64,000 bases of DNA from an uncultured Chloroflexia bacterium. GTDB taxonomy: Bacteria > Chloroflexota > Limnocylindria > Limnocylindrales > CSP1-4. The translations under genes were made by a program, and so were the position numbers. The DNA lies in assembly GCA_963800275.1 (NCBI GenBank), contig CAWDAI010000008.1, positions 19,447-83,446 of the forward strand. The letters are read 5' to 3'. The notes under the pieces were generated by a model. That model made no database searches and had not been told where the DNA came from. It saw only the letters and a program-made list of their open reading frames with translations. Of the stretch, positions 58,920-64,000 are shown piece after piece; the first letter of the stretch is position 1, and every line of letters starts with the position of its first letter.

Positions 58920-59717
58920 TCACCCGCGGATCGGCAGGATGCAATCGTGGCGCGTGACCATGCCGTCGACGGCATGGTAGAGGCAGACCGTCCCACCGGC
59001 GAGCGTCCCGACCCCTGCCCAGGCGAGCTCGCCCGGAGGCGCCTCGAAGGCGACGATGTCCCCGATCGCTTCGATGGAGCCGCCCAGGAGGGCGACGTGG
59101 GCGATCTCGGCGGGGCCGGTATAGGTCCAGGTGGTGTTGAGGAAGCGCGCCGTGTGGACGGCGTCGGGCGCGTAGACCGCTTCGAGCGCCTCGAGGCTGC
59201 TCTCCCGGCCCCACGCTCCGAGGAGCCGCGCATCGAGCTCGGCGATGGCTGCCAGCGTATCCGGATCGGTCGTCACACCGGCTGCCGGGCGGATCTGGTC
59301 AGACCTCTCGGGAACCATGCAGTCGTGGCGGACGATCTGCCCGTCGACGGCATGCCACAGGCAGGCGGTGCCACCGGCCATCGAGAGGAAGCTGGCCCAG
59401 CGCCAGCCAATCTCGTCGAGCTTGATGTCGATCCGCGGGCCGACCATCTCGGGCCCGCCGCCGTATCCGGCGACCGCGGCGATCTGATCGGGTCCGACGT
59501 ACTCGTTGGTGCGGTCGTAGAAGGTCGCCGTATGCACCCCGTCGGGAGCATAGGTCTCGGCGAGCAGCTCCGGTTCGCCCGACCAGGCGCGCAGGTTCAG
59601 GGCGACCAGCTCATCGAGCGTGGCTGGGGCAGCGCCAGCGACTGTGCTCAGGCTCAGCACCGCCACCAGTGTGGCGAGGAGTGCGCGACGTGTGATCGCG
59701 CCGACGGATGACAACAT
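58920..59717 (-). CDS. Secreted protein made of two tandem homologous domains (internal duplication)
   Basis: Signal peptide, then two 110-aa units that align: YAPDGVHTATFYDRTNEYVGPDQIA...AGGTACLWHAVDGQIVRHDCMVP and YAPDAVHTARFLNTTWTYTGPAEIA...AGGTVCLYHAVDGMVTRHDCILP. Confidence 0.6.
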   Translation of the reverse strand: MLSSVGAITRRALLATLVAVLSLSTVAGAAPATLDELVALNLRAWSGEPELLAETYAPDGVHTATFYDRTNEYVGPDQIAAVAGYGGGPEMVGPRIDIKLDEIGWRWASFLSMAGGTACLWHAVDGQIVRHDCMVPERSDQIRPAAGVTTDPDTLAAIAELDARLLGAWGRESSLEALEAVYAPDAVHTARFLNTTWTYTGPAEIAHVALLGGSIEAIGDIVAFEAPPGELAWAGVGTLAGGTVCLYHAVDGMVTRHDCILPIRG

Positions 59718-60074
59718 GAGGAACCCCCTTCTTCGTGTGCCGCGCGCATGCCACTGACGTCGGTGCGGCGATGGCGCGCGGTGCGGGGCTCCGCGCGATG
59801 CACCGCGCATCGCCCCGCTGTTGTGCGGCGTCGTCTCATTCGCGACGCCCTACTCAATCTGTGCGTCCCCGCCCGCCCGCAGGTTCCGTCTCTGATGGCA
59901 GGCCTCTTCGGCTCTGGCCGCGGCCGCACGCTCGACTGGAGGCGCCACCCGGCCAACAGCACGCCGCAACTGGGCGCAACGGCACTGTCTGGGCCAGCTC
60001 GATCCGTGAATCCTGAACGTGGCCGCGTCGGCGCGGTAGCCGCGGACGCCCAAGCAGTTCACAGGAGAGTGATC

Positions 60075-60551
60075 ATGCCCAGCATGGACCAGGCCATCGA
60101 CGAGTTCCTGTCCCAGAAGCGCATCGCTGTCGCTGGTGTCTCGCGGACGGCCGGTGGCAAACACGCCAGCAACGGCATCTACTCCCGCTTCAAGGAGCGG
60201 GGCTATGAGGTCTTCCCGGTCAATCCCAACGCCGACACGGTCTTGGGCGATACCTGCTACCACAGCGTCAAGGACATCCCCGGCGGCGTGGATGCGGTGG
60301 TCATCGCGACCAACCCCAAGGCCTCGCTGTCGGTGGCGCAGGACTGCAAGGAGGCCGGGGTCGACAAGGTCTGGTTCCACAAGAACTTCGGCGCCGGCAG
60401 CTATTCGCAGGAGGCGTATGACTTCTGCCAGGCCAACGACATCACGGCCCTCGTGAGCTGCCCGCTCTGGTACGGCCAAACACAGGACGGCTTCCACAAG
60501 TACTTCGGGGCGGCCTGTCGGCTCCTGCGCCAGGTCCCGAGCGAGCTCTAG
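60075..60551 (+). CDS. CoA-binding domain protein (YccU-like, CoA_binding_2)
   Basis: AGGAGAG RBS; KRIAVAGVSRTAGGKHASNGIYSRFKERGYEVFPVNPN...VDAVVIATNP; 158 aa. Confidence 0.7.
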   Translation: MPSMDQAIDEFLSQKRIAVAGVSRTAGGKHASNGIYSRFKERGYEVFPVNPNADTVLGDTCYHSVKDIPGGVDAVVIATNPKASLSVAQDCKEAGVDKVWFHKNFGAGSYSQEAYDFCQANDITALVSCPLWYGQTQDGFHKYFGAACRLLRQVPSEL

Positions 60552-60582
60552 TGGCCGGGACCAGCCGGTCCCGTGACGAACG

Positions 60583-62202
60583 GTGAGCGGCCGAGGGCGC
60601 CCGTCGGATCGCTCGATCTTCATGGCCCGCATGCGCCGGACGCCCTGGCGTCGAGCGCTGCGCCAGGCCTGGCGTGAACGGGGGCGGGGGGATCGCCTGC
60701 TGCTGCCCGAGCGCCTCGAGGGCGCGGTCTACGGACACCTCTGCGGCGACGCGTTGGGGGTGCCCTACGAGTTCCAGCCGGCCACGGCCATCGGCGAGGT
60801 GACCTGGCGCGGTCACGGGACCCACGACCAACCGGCGGGTACGTGGAGCGACGACGGGGCACTCATGCTGGCGCTGCTCGACTCGCTCCTGCAGGCCGGC
60901 TTCGACACCGCCGATCAGGCGCGCCGGGCACTGGCCTGGCGCGACGAGGGGCGATATGCCGTCGGGGGTGTCGCCTTCGACGTGGGCAACGCCACTACCC
61001 GGGCGCTGCACGCGTTGCGCTCCGGCGTCCCGCCCGAGTCGGCCGGCGACACCGAGGCCACGGGCAACGGCTCGCTCATGCGCATCCTGCCCCTGCCTCT
61101 GATGCTGCGCGAGGTGGACGACGACGAGCTCATCGAGTCGGCAGCGCGTGCCTCACGGGTCACGCACGGCAGCGCCGAGGCCCAGCTCGCGTGTGCCCTG
61201 TACGTGTTGCTGGTGCGGGGCCTGCTGGACGGGGAGAACGACCGCGGAGCGGTCATGTCACGGGCGCGCCGCGTGCTGCGCGCCCACCTGGAGCGTGGCG
61301 GCCTGCCCGGGTCGAAGGAGGCCGCGGACCCGCTGCTCGCGGTGGCCGCGCTGGACGGTTTCGAGGCCTCGAGCGGTCGCGCCGGCCGGGGACGCGTGGT
61401 CGACAGCTTCTGGTCGGCGTGGGACGCGTTCGCCTCGGCCGACGACTACCCGGCCGCCGTAATCGCGGCCGTGCGCTACGGCAACGACACCGACACCACG
61501 GCCGCCATCGCCGGTGGCCTCGCCGGCGTTCACTTCGGCATCGCCGGGATCCCGCTCGAGTGGCACCGTGGCCTGCGCGATCGGCCCCTCGCCCAGCGAC
61601 TGATCGATCGGCTCGTGGAGACGGACGACTCCGAGTGGGACGGTCGCCACTGGAGCACCTCGAGCACGAACCCGCTGCGGGTCGATCTGCTCGAGCTCGC
61701 CGGCAGCGACATGGCCGCCGGCGGCGGTCGCTTGGGCATGACCTTCCTGCCGGGCAAGCGCTACCTGGCCTACTACAACGGACCACAGTGGCGGGACCTC
61801 GATAGCGACCTGGCGTCGCTCATCGATCAGGGGGTGGACACGCTCCTGCTGCTGGTCGAGGACAAGGAGCTCCAGCGCTGCCGGGTGACCCACATCGAGG
61901 ACGCTGCGGTCGCACACGGCCTGGAGCTGCTACGCCATCCGGTCCCCGACCCGCAGGTCCCCCGATCGGACGTGGCCTATCGCCGGGACGTGGCCGCGGT
62001 GGCCCGGCGCGTGCGCTCGGGCGGCACCGTCGCGATCGCCTGCCGTGGCGGGCTCGATCGTGCGGGCATGACCGCTGCCTGCCTGCTGCGCGAAGCGGGC
62101 CTGGACGCGGACACGGCCATCGATCGCGTCCACGCTGCACGTCGCCACACCCTGACCATGCCCGACCAGCTGCGCTACGTGCGGGCCTGGCCGCACGCCT
62201 GA
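60583..62202 (+). CDS. ADP-ribosylglycohydrolase (ARH/DraG-like) fused to a C-terminal Cys-based (CX5R) protein-tyrosine/dual-specificity-phosphatase-like domain
   Basis: ARH motifs: GAVYGHLCGDALGVPYEF, SDDGALMLALLDSL, GNGSLMRILP, YGNDTDTTAAIAGGLAGVHFG. C-terminal 170 aa carry VAIACRGGLDRAGMTAACLL (P-loop CX5R) preceded by a DSP-like fold. Alternative start at 60622. Confidence 0.8.
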   Translation: MSGRGRPSDRSIFMARMRRTPWRRALRQAWRERGRGDRLLLPERLEGAVYGHLCGDALGVPYEFQPATAIGEVTWRGHGTHDQPAGTWSDDGALMLALLDSLLQAGFDTADQARRALAWRDEGRYAVGGVAFDVGNATTRALHALRSGVPPESAGDTEATGNGSLMRILPLPLMLREVDDDELIESAARASRVTHGSAEAQLACALYVLLVRGLLDGENDRGAVMSRARRVLRAHLERGGLPGSKEAADPLLAVAALDGFEASSGRAGRGRVVDSFWSAWDAFASADDYPAAVIAAVRYGNDTDTTAAIAGGLAGVHFGIAGIPLEWHRGLRDRPLAQRLIDRLVETDDSEWDGRHWSTSSTNPLRVDLLELAGSDMAAGGGRLGMTFLPGKRYLAYYNGPQWRDLDSDLASLIDQGVDTLLLLVEDKELQRCRVTHIEDAAVAHGLELLRHPVPDPQVPRSDVAYRRDVAAVARRVRSGGTVAIACRGGLDRAGMTAACLLREAGLDADTAIDRVHAARRHTLTMPDQLRYVRAWPHA

Positions 62203-62357
62203 AGGCATCCCCGCACGCTCGGTCATTCCGCGCGGCGCTGCCCCATCTCCACGAAACCTCCACATCGGGTCCATCGGGACTGCGCACGCGCCTCTCATCG
62301 TCAGGGCATCGAACCCATGACGTGCGCCGAGAGCGCACCCCACAGGAGACATGCACG

Positions 62358-63218
62358 ATGCGAACCCGATCCCCCAAGTCCATCCTGGCCCTCTCCGGCG
62401 CACTCGCCCTCTCGGCCATGGTGGCCGTGCCCGTCGCGACCATGGCCCGCGGCTTCGGACCCGGCGCCGGGAGCTGCGACGGCGACTGCACCAACGATGG
62501 CGTCCAGGTGCAGCGTGCCCGCGCCCAGGACGAGAGCCGCGCGACAGCCGGGCAGCAGATCCGCGCTCGCGACGGATCGGCCGCCGGTGTCGCGGCTGAC
62601 GACAGCGCCACGGCGGGCCTCGGCCGCGGTCCAGCCGCCGGCAGCGCGGGCAAGGGCGTCCGTGCCAATGGCTACGGCAGCGGCAACGGCGCCGGCTACG
62701 GGATCGGCAGCAACGGCGCCGGCAACGGACCCAACCTCGACGGCGATCGTGGCCCCGGGACCTGCGGCGAGTGCACCGCCGAGATGGGCACGCTGACCGA
62801 AGCGCAGGTGGCCGATCTCGTCTTCATGGCCAACGAGGAGAAGATGGCGCACGACGTCTACGCCGCCCTCGCTGATCTGCACGACGTGCGCCTCTTCAGC
62901 AACATCGCCGCCTCCGAGGCCCGCCACTTCGAAGCGGTCAACACCGTCCTCGAGCGCTACGATCAGGAGACCTTCGCGCTTGACGATGACTTCACCGACC
63001 CGGTCCTCGAGTCCCTCTACACCGAACTGCTGGGGCAGGCCGGTGACGACCAGGCGGCTGCCATGGCGGTGGGCCTGACCATCGAGAGCACCGACATCGC
63101 AGACCTCAAGTCGCGCATGGCCGAGCTCGAGACGACCGCCCCCGATGCCCACCAGCTGTACACCCATCTGCTGGCCGGAAGCGAGAACCATCTCCAGGCC
63201 TTCGAGCGCTGGAGCTGA
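62358..63218 (+). CDS. Secreted DUF2202 (ferritin-like) domain protein with Gly/Ala-rich N-terminal region
   Basis: Signal peptide; low-complexity G/A/N stretch; ferritin-like helices VADLVFMANEEKMAHDVYAAL...ASEARHFEAVNTVLERY; 286 aa. Confidence 0.65.
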   Translation: MRTRSPKSILALSGALALSAMVAVPVATMARGFGPGAGSCDGDCTNDGVQVQRARAQDESRATAGQQIRARDGSAAGVAADDSATAGLGRGPAAGSAGKGVRANGYGSGNGAGYGIGSNGAGNGPNLDGDRGPGTCGECTAEMGTLTEAQVADLVFMANEEKMAHDVYAALADLHDVRLFSNIAASEARHFEAVNTVLERYDQETFALDDDFTDPVLESLYTELLGQAGDDQAAAMAVGLTIESTDIADLKSRMAELETTAPDAHQLYTHLLAGSENHLQAFERWS

Positions 63219-63307
63219 TCACGGGACAGCGCAGCTGACCGCTGCGCTCTCGCGCGCTGGCGACCGGGGAGGGGGAGTCCCCGGTCGTCGGCGTACCATC
63301 GCCTCCC

Positions 63308-63991
63308 ATGCCACTGATCCTCGTCGTCGATGACGAGCCCCACATCACCGAGGTCGTCAGCGCCTACCTCGAGCGCGAGGGCTACCAGGTGGAGACGGCT
63401 GCCGACGGTGACACTGCCCTCGAGCTGGCCCGCGACGCACGCCCCGACCTGCTGGTCCTGGACGTGATGCTGCCGGGCCGTTCCGGCTTCGACGTGCTGC
63501 GCGAGCTGCGTGCCGAAGGCGTCGAAGCGGCGGTGATCATGCTCACCGCCCGGGACGAGCTCATCGACCGCGTGGCCGGCCTGGAGATGGGCGCGGACGA
63601 CTACATGGCCAAGCCCTTCGAGCCGCGCGAGCTGGTGGCGCGTATCGGAGCCGTCCTGCGGCGCCGCACCGTGGCCACGGCGCCGTCGGCGAGCCGTCGC
63701 TTCCTCGACCTGCGCATCGACGTCGATGCCCGTGAGGTGACCCGCGGTGACGAGCCCATCGTGCTGACCCGGGTCGAGTTCGACCTGCTGGCGACGCTCG
63801 GCGAGCGGCCCGGCATGGTCCTTGGCCGTGGTCAGCTGGGCGAGCGCATCTACGGCGAGGCCTTCGAGGCCGACGATCGCACCGTGGACAGCCACGTCAA
63901 GAACCTGCGTCGCAAGCTCGGCCGCCCGCCTGGCGGCGGCGACTACATCGAGACCGTGCGCGGCGTCGGCTACCGGGCCGCCCGTCGATGA
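63308..63991 (+). CDS. OmpR-family two-component response regulator
   Basis: Receiver LILVVDDEPHITEVV...DLLVLDVMLPGRSG...; winged-helix output (VLTRVEFDLLATL...VRGVGYR). The next ORF (ATG 63988, ATGA overlap) runs off the window and is presumably the cognate histidine kinase. Confidence 0.9.
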   Translation: MPLILVVDDEPHITEVVSAYLEREGYQVETAADGDTALELARDARPDLLVLDVMLPGRSGFDVLRELRAEGVEAAVIMLTARDELIDRVAGLEMGADDYMAKPFEPRELVARIGAVLRRRTVATAPSASRRFLDLRIDVDAREVTRGDEPIVLTRVEFDLLATLGERPGMVLGRGQLGERIYGEAFEADDRTVDSHVKNLRRKLGRPPGGGDYIETVRGVGYRAARR

Positions 63992-64000
63992 GCCTGCGCC

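Noticed and set aside
63988-64000. ATG overlapping the response-regulator stop (ATGA), starting an ORF that leaves the window
   Set aside because: Only 13 nt are available. It is probably the cognate sensor histidine kinase but cannot be supported from 4 codons.
1-64000. CRISPR arrays, rRNA, tRNA
   Set aside because: No short regularly spaced direct repeats, no rRNA-like conserved blocks, and no tRNA-like cloverleaf/TΨC (GTTCRANYC) signatures were found. This includes the 500-bp gap beside the IS110 remnant, which was examined specifically. The only tandem repeats are the in-gene 45-nt, 18-nt (x2 loci) and intergenic 41-nt repeats reported above.

Overview
Very GC-rich (about 70%) chromosomal segment, with actinobacterial-type gene content (class III cyclase/ATPase/TPR proteins, LuxR-family large ATP-binding regulator, DUF4395, DUF1918, DUF2202, ROK/LacI/GntR-regulated sugar ABC systems). 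No rRNA, tRNA or CRISPR array was recognised. About 55 protein-coding genes are supported. Most long ORFs on the strand opposite a real gene are GC-driven shadow ORFs and were discarded. Main blocks: (i) 2.3-8.3 kb: LysR regulator, UvrD2-like helicase with HRDC domain, P-loop kinase, NERD-nuclease/SF1-helicase fusion, nitroreductase. (ii) 12.6-20.8 kb: zinc-ribbon/Pro-rich protein followed by two tandem paralogous 1,190-aa zinc-ribbon / class-III nucleotidyl cyclase / STAND-type P-loop NTPase / TPR proteins lacking any DNA-binding output domain. (iii) 20.8-26.2 kb: GH25 muramidase, GNAT, large secreted M1-peptidase-like repeat protein. (iv) 27.5-40.8 kb: a 13-kb, all-minus-strand amino-sugar/carbohydrate utilisation island (NagA, URO-D-family protein, GntR/HutC, ROK kinase, 4-gene sugar ABC importer, SIS protein, sugar-phosphate isomerase, Gfo/Idh/MocA oxidoreductase, ROK regulator with a perfect palindromic operator on its start codon). 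(v) 41-48 kb: GNAT, cyclophilin, truncated IS110 transposase remnant, Gfo/Idh/MocA oxidoreductase, DUF1918, amidase_3. (vi) 48.6-56.2 kb: LAL-type LuxR regulator, a 41-bp tandem repeat, LacI regulator with twin GACAACGTTGTC operators, second sugar ABC importer. (vii) 56-64 kb: CMD/AhpD-like, YceI-like, CoA-binding protein, an ADP-ribosylglycohydrolase fused to a Cys-phosphatase (CX5R) domain, DUF2202, OmpR-type response regulator. A recurring observation is at least five apparent single-base frameshifts splitting otherwise intact genes (23.6, 38.03, 38.6, 40.59 and 41.41 kb). These are either assembly indel errors in GC homopolymers or real pseudogenisation. All calls are from reading the sequence and ORF translations by eye; no searches were run.
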